A stretch of DNA of 64,000 nt from Dehalococcoidia bacterium (GCA_046294495.1 JBKBKV010000003.1:5460-69459); one strand, 5' to 3'. Positions 46,625 through 55,019 are shown, numbered from the stretch's first letter. Numbers and translations: made by a program. The notes: generated from the sequence alone by a model not told the origin.

Positions 46625-47830
46625 CTACCCCTTATGGCCTCTGCCCATCGCATACGCCGGGGATGAGGGCGCCTCCTCCATACCCAGTTCCCGGCGCATA
46701 ATCCCACAATACTTTGGCTCAATATCCACCAGGATGAAGCGCCTCCCCAGCCTCTGGCAAGCCTTCCCTACCGTGCCAACACCGGCGAAAGGGTCGAGCA
46801 CCACATCCCCAATGAAGGAATAATAGCGCACCAGTCGCTCCACCACCTGCAGGGGGAAAACAGCCGGATGCTCCGGGTGGTGCGCAGGGCGAGCATACCA
46901 CACATTGGTTACCTCATACCCGTCGTCAATACGCGACGCCTCTACCGCCTCTCTATCGGGATGGCTACGGATGTTCCAGTCAATAAGCCTCTGGGTGTGT
47001 TTGCGGTAGACAAGGAAGTATTCGGTAACGGGAACGGGTTTGTATTGCAGGGGATGGCGGTCCGCGGCGAAACGCCTGCCCCGTCCAGTGTTCCACCCAG
47101 CCCCTTCGGGCTTCACCCAGATGATGTCGTCCAGGAAGTCAAAGCCCAGCCGCTCCAGGATGGCGTTGATATGGAAAGGCACCGGGATGCGCTGGCTAGG
47201 GTGCTTACGGGTAGGGCGGCGCACCAGCACCGGGGAGGCGTTCACGATGAGGAAGCGCCCCTCTGCCAGCACCCGATGGCACTCTCGGAAGACTGCCTCC
47301 AGCGTCTCCAGATAATGCTGGTAGGTGGCGAACTCCCCGTATTGTGGCTTGGCGTTGTAGTAAGGGGGGGAAGTCAGCACTAAATGCACATACCCCTCTG
47401 GAAAGGCCCGCAGCACCTGGCGCGCATCGCCACAGATAACCTGGCTGGGGAGGGGGTCAATGACAAGGGGGCGCTCGGTTGGGGGGGCTGTGGGAAGGGG
47501 ATGGGCCTTGGCATATCCCAGGCGAGCCAGGATGATACCTGGCGGAGTAGCCTGCACTACCTCTCCATTGGCGCACCCCACCATCACCTCCCCCACCACC
47601 ACGCCCCCATCTGGGGCCATTAGGGACACCCTCCACGCTCCGTAGCGGTCGTCCACCTCTGGCAGGCCCGGGGCTAGGGCGGCTTGGGGTGGGAGGTTCT
47701 GTGCCACCCACTGGAGCACCCGCTCCCGCGCCTGCTGGGCTGTGGCCACTTGCCCCAAGCGGGCGGCAAGGCGGTTCACCCTTTTCCCACGCCGTGGGAA
47801 AACAGACACAACCATGCCCACCTCTTCCAC
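46625..47830 (-). CDS. Beta-class DNA methyltransferase (N4-cytosine or N6-adenine) with uncharacterised ~130-aa N-terminal extension
   Basis: Motif IV LVLTSPPYYN precedes motif I VLDPFAGVGTVGKA, which is the beta-class order. The start is GTG 47830, or more likely ATG 47815, which follows GAAGAGGTGG. The stop lies 3 nt before the vWA start. Confidence 0.9.
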   Translation of the reverse strand: MEEVGMVVSVFPRRGKRVNRLAARLGQVATAQQARERVLQWVAQNLPPQAALAPGLPEVDDRYGAWRVSLMAPDGGVVVGEVMVGCANGEVVQATPPGIILARLGYAKAHPLPTAPPTERPLVIDPLPSQVICGDARQVLRAFPEGYVHLVLTSPPYYNAKPQYGEFATYQHYLETLEAVFRECHRVLAEGRFLIVNASPVLVRRPTRKHPSQRIPVPFHINAILERLGFDFLDDIIWVKPEGAGWNTGRGRRFAADRHPLQYKPVPVTEYFLVYRKHTQRLIDWNIRSHPDREAVEASRIDDGYEVTNVWYARPAHHPEHPAVFPLQVVERLVRYYSFIGDVVLDPFAGVGTVGKACQRLGRRFILVDIEPKYCGIMRRELGMEEAPSSPAYAMGRGHKG

Positions 47831-47843
47831 CCGCAGCCGGGGG

Positions 47844-49247
47844 TTATCCCTTGTAGCGGAAGCGCCCTTCTACCCGGTCACGATTGAGGCGTCGGTTGAG
47901 GTGCAGGCTCTCCAGCACGAACTCCACCACTGAAGCGAAGAGAGCCTCGTTTTCCTGCACTTGGAACTTGCGCAGGGCTGGCTCAAAGCCCTCTATCCCC
48001 CTCAGTTTCTCCACATACACGAAGGAGGGGATGGCGGTGCCAGTCTCCACAACCAGGCCCTCCTCAAACTTCTGCACCAGGGGGTCGAACTCCCGCACAT
48101 TGAAGGTGCGGTTGAAGGTGTTCAGGACGGCCTTCTTCAGCAGTTCCTCAATGATGCGCCCCTCTCGCCCTTCTTCCACCGTCTCTAGTTCCAGTTTGCC
48201 AGCAGTAGAGGCGAAGATGAAGGGGAGGTCGCTTATGCGGGGCACCGCTACCCCTTCGTTGTAGCGAATGGCACGGCGCAGGGCGGCTGCCAGAAGGGTC
48301 TCGTAGTTGGATATAGTTACCCGCACCGACACCCCAGAGCGCTGGTTGATATCTGGGCTTCGCCTGGCCAGTGTGGTAAACTCGGCGACTATCTCCTTCA
48401 TAAATCCGGGCACTTGCACCCTATCGTCCATATCGGGGAAGTGCACCCGCTCCTGCTCCACGATGGCCAGTTCGTCCTCCAGGGTGCGAGGATAGTGGGT
48501 GCGGATTTGGGCGCCATAGCGGTCTTTCAGAGGGGTAATAATGCGCCCACGGTTGGTATAGTCCTCCGGGTTGGCGCTTGCCACCACATACACATCCAGA
48601 GGCAGGCGAATCAGATACCCTCTAATCTGGATATCCCGCTCCTCCAGGAGGTTAAACAAGCCCACCTGGATCCGTTCAGGCAGGTCTGGCAGCTCGTTGA
48701 CGCAGAAGATGCCTCGGTTCACCCTGGGAATAAGACCGAAATGTATGGTCAGTTCGTCGGCCAGGTAACGCCCCTCGGCTACTTTGATGGGGTCTACCTC
48801 GCCGATGAGGTCGGCAATGGACACATCAGGGGTAGCCAGTTTCTCGGCGTAGCGGTGCTCCCGCGGGAGCCAGGAGATTTCTACCTGGTCGCCGTATTGG
48901 GCTACCCGGTCTCGGCACGCTTTGCAGATGGGCTTGTAGGGGTTATCGTTGATTTCGCACCCGGCGATAACGGGCACCTCCTCGTCCAGCAGATACACAA
49001 ACTGGCGGATGAGACGCGATTTAGCCTGCCCCCGCTCCCCCAGGAAAATGATGTCCTGCCCAGCAAGGATAGCGTTCTCTATCTGTGGGATAACGGTGTC
49101 CTCGTAGCCGATGATGCCGGGGAAGAGGCGTTCCCCCTTGCGTAGTTTCTCAATAAGGTTCTTGCGCAGTTCCTCTCGCACCGACAGCACCTGGTAACCG
49201 CTGTGGCGCAGTTCTCCGATGGTCTTGGGTCTCCCCCTATCGGCCAT
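47844..49247 (-). CDS. AAA+ ATPase of the ChlI/BchI-MoxR type with deviant Walker motifs
   Basis: 467 aa. Contains FLGERGQAKSRL (Walker A-like, with Ala in place of the last Gly), GIFCVNELPDL (Walker B-like, with Asn in place of Asp), and VVASANPEDY...GRIITPLKDR. An insert with CxxC (CKAC) is present. The stop lies 13 nt before the methyltransferase ORF. Confidence 0.85.
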   Translation of the reverse strand: MADRGRPKTIGELRHSGYQVLSVREELRKNLIEKLRKGERLFPGIIGYEDTVIPQIENAILAGQDIIFLGERGQAKSRLIRQFVYLLDEEVPVIAGCEINDNPYKPICKACRDRVAQYGDQVEISWLPREHRYAEKLATPDVSIADLIGEVDPIKVAEGRYLADELTIHFGLIPRVNRGIFCVNELPDLPERIQVGLFNLLEERDIQIRGYLIRLPLDVYVVASANPEDYTNRGRIITPLKDRYGAQIRTHYPRTLEDELAIVEQERVHFPDMDDRVQVPGFMKEIVAEFTTLARRSPDINQRSGVSVRVTISNYETLLAAALRRAIRYNEGVAVPRISDLPFIFASTAGKLELETVEEGREGRIIEELLKKAVLNTFNRTFNVREFDPLVQKFEEGLVVETGTAIPSFVYVEKLRGIEGFEPALRKFQVQENEALFASVVEFVLESLHLNRRLNRDRVEGRFRYKG

Positions 49248-49619
49248 TGCCCTTTGCCCCCAATCCTCTGCAGTCTTGACTTCTATTATCCCATATTTGG
49301 GACGCGGGTAGCAGTATCTTGGCAGGATGCTAGCCCCTTGTCAACTGCAGGGTGGAGAGGGCCATCGCTCTGACAACGATGAGTTTTATCTACCCTTCCT
49401 CCTGGACATTATCAGCGCCGAGTGGGCCGCGGAGGGTGGTAACCATCTCCTTGCCCACTACAATGAACTCGCTGTAACTGTTGCCCTTGCGGTTGGGATT
49501 GCCCAGGTAAACCTGGGGCCAGAGCCATCGGGGCAAGTGTCAACCTACACCCCTCAGCACCTCGCTCAGTCCACCCCTCCCACCAACCATATCCGTAACA
49601 GCCCCAGGGCCCTGCCCCC

Positions 49620-49674
49620 TTGGCACCTACAACAGCGCAGTGCTATGCTGGAAGTGAACCCCCACCCAGGGGGG
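49620..49674 (+). promoter_or_regulatory. Candidate csoR-copA promoter (TTGGCA N18 TATGCT) with a GC-rich pseudo-palindrome (CCCCC ACCCA GGGGGG) as possible CsoR operator
   Basis: TTGGCA at 49620-49625, TATGCT at 49644-49649, and the C5-N5-G6 inverted repeat at 49659-49674, 15 nt before the csoR ATG. Known CsoR operators are C-tract/G-tract inverted repeats. Confidence 0.4.
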
Positions 49675-49688
49675 AGGGGAGGGTTAGC

Positions 49689-49958
49689 ATGCTGGCCGAA
49701 GTGCGGGAGGATGTGCTCAAACGCCTTGCATCTGTGCAGGGGCACCTGGAGGGTGTGCGACGGATGGTGGAGCAGGACGCTTACTGCGTGGATGTCCTGA
49801 AGCAACTGTTCGCCGTCCAGCGGGCGCTGGACAAGATTGAACAGGCCATCCTGGACGGCCACCTGAAGACCTGCGTGGTGGAGGGCATCCGGGGCGAACG
49901 CACCCAGCAGGTGCTGAAGGAACTGTCGGAAATCTACGCACTGGCTAACCGCTCATAG
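49689..49958 (+). CDS. csoR: CsoR/RcnR-family metal-sensing repressor
   Basis: Track ORF 49620.. trimmed to ATG 49689 (89 aa). Contains RLASVQGHLEGVRRMVEQDAYCVDVLKQLFAVQRALD, with the C-H-C ligand pattern of copper-sensing CsoR. Confidence 0.85.
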   Translation: MLAEVREDVLKRLASVQGHLEGVRRMVEQDAYCVDVLKQLFAVQRALDKIEQAILDGHLKTCVVEGIRGERTQQVLKELSEIYALANRS

Positions 49959-49968
49959 GAGGAAAGGG

Positions 49969-52542
49969 ATGGATCCTTCCCACAAGAAGGCCACTCTGCC
50001 TATCCAGGGGATGACCTGCGCATCCTGCGTGGCCCATGTTAGCGCAGCCCTCCAAAGGGTCCCCGGTGTGGCAAAGGTAAGCGTGAACCTGGCCACCAAC
50101 CGCGCTTACCTGGAATACGACCCCAACCTGGCCACCGTCAAGGCGATGAAGAAGGCTGTGGACGAGATTGGCTACACCGTTGTGCTGGAGCAGGCCAAGT
50201 TCCAAGTTACTGGTATGATGGGCTCCCACTGGGAGGAAGTTATCAGCAAGGCCTTGGGGGAACTGCCAGGGGTTTACCGCGTGGTGGCCAACGCATCTGC
50301 AGAAAGCGTGCGGGTAGAGTTTGCCCCAGACATCACCAGCAAGGCTGAAATACGGAGGACGATAGAGGGGCTGGGCTACAGCGTTACAGAGAAAGTGGAG
50401 GGCGCCGAGGCTGCCGATCGGGAGCGAGAGGCCCGCCAGAAGGAGATACGCCGCCAGGGGCTGAACCTCCTGGTAACCACCCCTCTGGCCCTGGCGGTTA
50501 TGCTGGGCACCTTCCAGCCCTACTGGGGCCTCTCCCGCGTTGTCCCGGATCTCCTGCACAACAAGGTCGTCCTTTTCCTCCTTACCACACCCCTGATTAT
50601 CGGCCCTGGGCGGCAGTTCTTCGTCAACTCCTTCAACGGTCTGCGCAGGGGCCTCACCGATATGAACCTTTTATACGCCACGGGCATTGGAGCAGCCTAT
50701 CTTATCGCCGTTATCAACACCTTCTGGCCCAACGCCGGCTTTGGCGGACGCATGGCCACCTTCTACGAGGCGGCCGCCCTCCTGACCTGGTTCATACTCC
50801 TGGGGCGCTACCTGGAGGCCGTTACCCGCGGGCGCGCCTCCGAGGCCATCCGCCGACTTATGCGCTTCCAGCCACGGCGGGCGCGCCTGGTGCGCAATGG
50901 GGAAGAGGTGGAGGTGCCGGTGGAGGAGGTGGAGGTGGGCGACCTGCTGGTGGTGCGCCCAGGGGAGCAGGTGCCGGTGGACGGCATTGTGGTAGAGGGC
51001 TACTCCGCCGTGGACCAGTCCATAATCACCGGGGAGAGCATCCCCGTGGAGAAGAAGGCCGGGGACGAAGTTATTGGCGGGACGCTGAACAGGACAGGCT
51101 CCTTTACCTTTCGCGCCACCCGAGTGGGGCGAGAGACGGCCCTGGCCCAGATCATCAAACTGGTAGAGGAGGCCCAGACCTCCAAGGCCCCCATTCAGAG
51201 GCTGGCAGACACGGTGGCCGGGCACTTCATCTTCTGGGTGCATGTGCTGGCCCTGGCTACATTCCTCTTCTGGTATTTCGTTGGGTATGACCTCTGGTTC
51301 AGCCCTAACACCCGCCTTATGCTGACCCCATACACGCTGGCCGGGGCCAGCGCTGTGGGGTTCGCTGTGCTCATCTCCATTGCTGTGCTGGTTATCTCCT
51401 GCCCATGCGCTGTGGGCCTGGCCACTCCGGCGGCCATAATGGCCGGGACGGGCAAGGGGGCCGAGCACGGCATCCTCTTCAAGGGCGCCGACGCTGTGGA
51501 GGCCGCCACTAAGGTGCAGGTTATGGTCTTTGACAAGACGGGCACCCTAACCAGGGGGCAGCCAGAAGTAACCGATGTGGTGGCCAACGGGCTGGTGGAA
51601 AGCGAGGTCCTGCGCCTGGCCGCCGTGGCCGAGGTGCGCTCGGAACATCCCCTGGGGGAGGCCATTGTTCGCGCGGCCCGCCAACGGGGCCTGGCCGTCC
51701 CCGATCCCGATGCCTTTGAAGCCATCCCGGGCCGAGGCGTGGAGGCGCTCAGCAACGGCCACAGGGTGCTCCTGGGCAACCGCCGACTTATGGCAGAGCG
51801 GAGCATCCCTCTGGACAGCCTGGCCTATACCGCCGAGCGGCTAGAGCAGGACGGCAAGACGGCCATGTTTGTGGTGGTGGACGGGCACCCGGCTGGGGTC
51901 ATCGCCGTGGCCGACACCCTGCGGGAGACTACCCCCCTGGCAGTGAAAGAGCTTCAGCGCATGGGCATCCGCGTGGCCATGCTCACGGGAGACAACCGCC
52001 GCACCGCAGAGGCCATCGCTCGGCAGTTGGGGATGGACCGGGTGCTGGCCGAAGTGCTCCCCGGCGACAAGGCCCAGGAGATAAAGCGTCTACAGGAGGA
52101 GGGTTACCGGGTGGCTATGGTGGGCGATGGCATCAACGACGCCCCCGCCCTGGCCCAGGCGGATGTGGGCATCGCCATGGGGGCCGGCACAGATGTGGCC
52201 AAGGAGACCGGCCACATCATCCTGGTAAAAGACGACCTTCTGGATGCGGTGGCAGCGTTGCAGGTGGCCAGGGCCACCATGCGCCTGGTCAAGCAGAACC
52301 TGCTGTGGGCCTTCGGCTACAACACCGCTGCCATACCCCTGGCCTTTGGAATCCTCTACCCCTTTGTCCACCAGATGGTCAGCCCAGAACTGGCGGCTTT
52401 CCTCATGGCCATCAGTTCCCTCTCGGTAACCCTGAACACCCAGCGCATGCGGGCCTTTGTGCCGGGTATCCGTCGTCGCTACAAGGGCCTGCCCACCCCT
52501 GTGCCCCGGGAGGCCCCAGCCCCCGTTGCAACAGGGAGGTGA
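49969..52542 (+). CDS. copA: Copper-translocating P1B-type ATPase
   Basis: 857 aa. N-terminal HMA domain GMTCASCVAHV. A second HMA-like repeat has lost the cysteines (TGMMGSHW). Also CPC motif SCPCAVGLATP, DKTGTLT, and GDGINDAPAL. Confidence 0.95.
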   Translation: MDPSHKKATLPIQGMTCASCVAHVSAALQRVPGVAKVSVNLATNRAYLEYDPNLATVKAMKKAVDEIGYTVVLEQAKFQVTGMMGSHWEEVISKALGELPGVYRVVANASAESVRVEFAPDITSKAEIRRTIEGLGYSVTEKVEGAEAADREREARQKEIRRQGLNLLVTTPLALAVMLGTFQPYWGLSRVVPDLLHNKVVLFLLTTPLIIGPGRQFFVNSFNGLRRGLTDMNLLYATGIGAAYLIAVINTFWPNAGFGGRMATFYEAAALLTWFILLGRYLEAVTRGRASEAIRRLMRFQPRRARLVRNGEEVEVPVEEVEVGDLLVVRPGEQVPVDGIVVEGYSAVDQSIITGESIPVEKKAGDEVIGGTLNRTGSFTFRATRVGRETALAQIIKLVEEAQTSKAPIQRLADTVAGHFIFWVHVLALATFLFWYFVGYDLWFSPNTRLMLTPYTLAGASAVGFAVLISIAVLVISCPCAVGLATPAAIMAGTGKGAEHGILFKGADAVEAATKVQVMVFDKTGTLTRGQPEVTDVVANGLVESEVLRLAAVAEVRSEHPLGEAIVRAARQRGLAVPDPDAFEAIPGRGVEALSNGHRVLLGNRRLMAERSIPLDSLAYTAERLEQDGKTAMFVVVDGHPAGVIAVADTLRETTPLAVKELQRMGIRVAMLTGDNRRTAEAIARQLGMDRVLAEVLPGDKAQEIKRLQEEGYRVAMVGDGINDAPALAQADVGIAMGAGTDVAKETGHIILVKDDLLDAVAALQVARATMRLVKQNLLWAFGYNTAAIPLAFGILYPFVHQMVSPELAAFLMAISSLSVTLNTQRMRAFVPGIRRRYKGLPTPVPREAPAPVATGR

Positions 52543-52545
52543 AGG

Positions 52546-52773
52546 ATGAAAAACGCGGCTCGCCTAAGCGCTCTCATCTACCTGGGCGGCGCCCTCCTGG
52601 TGGCCGGGGCATTCCTGGGTCTGGCAACTCTGAGGGGTGAGCGCTCCTGGGCCAGCCGAGGCATCGGCGCCGCCTGGGTCCTCCTCCTCACCACCATTAT
52701 CCTTATGCCTGTAGTTATCCCCTGGATGAAGAGGCGTATGGCCAACGGAAAGAGAGAAGGAGGTGCACCGTGA
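52546..52773 (+). CDS. Small two-TM membrane protein
   Basis: 75 aa. Starts 3 nt after the copA stop. Two hydrophobic helices. GTGA overlap with the next ORF. Confidence 0.45.
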   Translation: MKNAARLSALIYLGGALLVAGAFLGLATLRGERSWASRGIGAAWVLLLTTIILMPVVIPWMKRRMANGKREGGAP

Positions 52774-53051
52774 AGCGTCTTTCTATTCTGCTTGTCGTCG
52801 CCGTTGCAGCGGTCTCGTTCCTGGCAGGGAGCCTGTGGGGGGGCCGACTGGTTACGCCCCTGAAGGCCGCCACCTTGCGCCAGGAACCCGGCCCACAGGC
52901 ATGCCTGCAGATGATGCAGGGACAGGGAATGGAGCAGTGCCAGCAGTTCCACCAGAAGTGCCACGACTTGATGGGCTCCCAGGGTATGGAGGGGATGCAC
53001 GGCGTGATGATGGGTGCTGGCATGACGGGCATGGGCATGATGGGCCACTAA
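52770..53051 (+). CDS. Exported/anchored Met-, His- and Cys-rich small protein (putative copper-binding)
   Basis: 93 aa. N-terminal hydrophobic segment, then CLQMMQGQGMEQCQQFHQKCHDLMGSQGMEGMHGVMMGAGMTGMGMMGH. GTG start after AGAGAGAAGGAGG. Confidence 0.55.
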   Translation: MKRLSILLVVAVAAVSFLAGSLWGGRLVTPLKAATLRQEPGPQACLQMMQGQGMEQCQQFHQKCHDLMGSQGMEGMHGVMMGAGMTGMGMMGH

Positions 53052-53105
53052 TAGCCTACCCACTGCTTCTGGTATAGTTAGCAGCCTCTAATAAGGAGGT
53101 GAACA

Positions 53106-53291
53106 ATGGTCTTCTGGCGTGTGAAGAAGGAGACCGACCCCGTTTGCGGCATGAAGGTGGATCCCAAGAAGGCCCCTGCCACCTTTGACTACCAGGGGAA
53201 GACCTACTACTTCTGCAGCCCAGGGTGCAAGGCCAACTTCCAAAAGGAGCCGCAGAAGTTCCTGAAGGGTGGCCCACAGGCAATGAGGTGA
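53106..53291 (+). CDS. YHS/TRASH-domain metal-binding protein
   Basis: 61 aa. DPVCGMKVD...YYFCSPGCKANF is the YHS/TRASH cysteine pattern. AAGGAGG Shine-Dalgarno. Confidence 0.8.
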   Translation: MVFWRVKKETDPVCGMKVDPKKAPATFDYQGKTYYFCSPGCKANFQKEPQKFLKGGPQAMR

Positions 53292-53365
53292 CGCTAATTT
53301 TTGCTATAATAAATACGTGGGCACTACCAGGACACCTGCCCACAGGAGGAACACAACTCTAGATT

Positions 53366-53974
53366 ATGCGTTCAAGACAGAAGGACAACTTATCCACCCG
53401 CCCTCGTGTCTCCATCCGCGATATGGAGATAGATGACCTGGCCGCTGTTTACCACCTGGGCGAAAGCCTATTCACTCGCACCGCCCTGCCTGTCCTCTAC
53501 CGCACCTGGGACCCCTACGAGGTTACCTCTGCCTTCAACACCGACCCCGAGTTCTGCCTCGTGGCGGAAGACGAAGAGGGGCGCATTGTGGGCTTCGCTC
53601 TGGGGAGCACTGTAGACAAAGACGGCCCTTCGTGGCGCTACGGCTACCTGGCCTGGCTGGGTGTGAAGGAGGAGTTCCAGGGGCTAGGGGTGGCTCACCG
53701 CCTCCTCCATGAGTTTGAGAGGCGCATGAAGGAGGAAGGGGTGCGCATGCTCATCGTGGACACCGAGGGAGACAATGCCAAGGCCCTGGCCTTCTTCCGT
53801 AAGAACGGCTTCACCCGCCCCACCAGCCATATGTGGCTTACCAAGAGCCTTACCCGTCAGGAGAATGGCTCTTTGAAGCCTCTGAAGCCCCTGGTAATCG
53901 CTCAGGCGAAGGGGCGCGCCCGCCCTAGGAAGGGCACCCCGCCCGCGCCAGACCTGGCCGCAGCGGGCGCCTAG
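53366..53974 (+). CDS. GNAT-family N-acetyltransferase
   Basis: 202 aa. Acetyl-CoA motif AWLGVKEEFQGLGVAHRLL and ALAFFRKNGF. The true start may be the internal Met at MEIDDLAAV. An extended -10 (TGcTATAAT, 53302-53310) lies upstream. Confidence 0.8.
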   Translation: MRSRQKDNLSTRPRVSIRDMEIDDLAAVYHLGESLFTRTALPVLYRTWDPYEVTSAFNTDPEFCLVAEDEEGRIVGFALGSTVDKDGPSWRYGYLAWLGVKEEFQGLGVAHRLLHEFERRMKEEGVRMLIVDTEGDNAKALAFFRKNGFTRPTSHMWLTKSLTRQENGSLKPLKPLVIAQAKGRARPRKGTPPAPDLAAAGA

Positions 53975-54032
53975 CCCCACACCTCCCCTTCCTCACGCTG
54001 AACCTCCGCGCTGCAAAGGGTGAGGGTTGCCT

Positions 54033-55010
54033 CTACAGCCCGAAGTTGTCGGCCACCGCCTTCAGAATAGCAGGCACATCAGGGAGGGCCAGGCGCTCCA
54101 GGTTGCGGGCGTAGGGGGCTGGGGCATCGGCCCCAGATAGGTGGGCGATGGGGGCATCCAGGTAGTCAAAGGCCTCCTGGTGCAGGCGCAGGCCCAGGTA
54201 GGGGCCGATGCCTGCCATAGGCCACGCCTCCTCCACGATGAGGGCGCGGTGCGTCTTGCGCACTGAAGCCGTTGCCGTCTCTATGTCCAGGGGGCGCAGG
54301 GTGCGCAGGTCTATCACCTCCGCCTCCACTCCCTGTTGGGCCAACTGCTCGGAAGCCTGCAGGCATAGGTGCAAACACCGCCCGTAGGAGATAAGGGTCA
54401 GGTCGCGCCCGGGACGCTTCACCTCCGATTTGCCTACAGGCACCTCGTAATATCCCTCGGGGACGGCCCCCCGCGCACCGTAAAGGAGAGCGTGCTCGCA
54501 GTAGAGGATGGGGTTCTGCTCCTTAAGGCAGGCGCGCAGGAGGCCCAGGGCGTCGTAGGGGGTAGCTGGGAAGACCACCTTCAGGCCAGGCACCGATGTA
54601 TACCACCCCTCCAGGCTCTGGGAGTGGGTGGCAGCCAGGCCGGCGCCCCCTCCTGTTACGGTGCGCACCAGCATGGGCACCGCCAGTTGCCCACCCGACA
54701 TGTAGCGCAGTTTGGCGGCGTGGTTGACAATCTGGTCCATGGCCAGGAGGCTGAAGTTGATGGTCATAATCTCCACGATGGGGCGCAGGCCCCCCATAGC
54801 GGCCCCTATGCCCGCCCCCACTATGGCTGATTCGGAGATGGGGGTGTCCCGCACCCGCTCTGGCCCATACTGGCGTAGAAAGCCCTTGGTTACGGCATAG
54901 GCTCCCCCGTAGGCCCCGATGTCCTCCCCCATTAGGAAGACGCGGGCATCGCTCTCCAGGGCCTCCTGGAGGCCTTTGCGGATGGCTTCGCGCAGGGTTA
55001 CTTCGGGCAT
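54033..55010 (-). CDS. 2-oxoacid (pyruvate/acetoin/branched-chain) dehydrogenase E1 beta subunit
   Basis: 325 aa. LREAIRKGLQEALESDARVFLMGEDIGAYGGAY and DTPISE are typical of E1 beta. Confidence 0.9.
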   Translation of the reverse strand: MPEVTLREAIRKGLQEALESDARVFLMGEDIGAYGGAYAVTKGFLRQYGPERVRDTPISESAIVGAGIGAAMGGLRPIVEIMTINFSLLAMDQIVNHAAKLRYMSGGQLAVPMLVRTVTGGGAGLAATHSQSLEGWYTSVPGLKVVFPATPYDALGLLRACLKEQNPILYCEHALLYGARGAVPEGYYEVPVGKSEVKRPGRDLTLISYGRCLHLCLQASEQLAQQGVEAEVIDLRTLRPLDIETATASVRKTHRALIVEEAWPMAGIGPYLGLRLHQEAFDYLDAPIAHLSGADAPAPYARNLERLALPDVPAILKAVADNFGL

Positions 55011-55019
55011 GGCAGGCTC

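Noticed and set aside
49327-49800. 157-aa plus-strand ORF spanning the gap upstream of csoR.
   Set aside because: It reads through the predicted csoR promoter and into csoR in the wrong frame, and it has no motifs. The CsoR frame starting at 49689 accounts for the 3' part.
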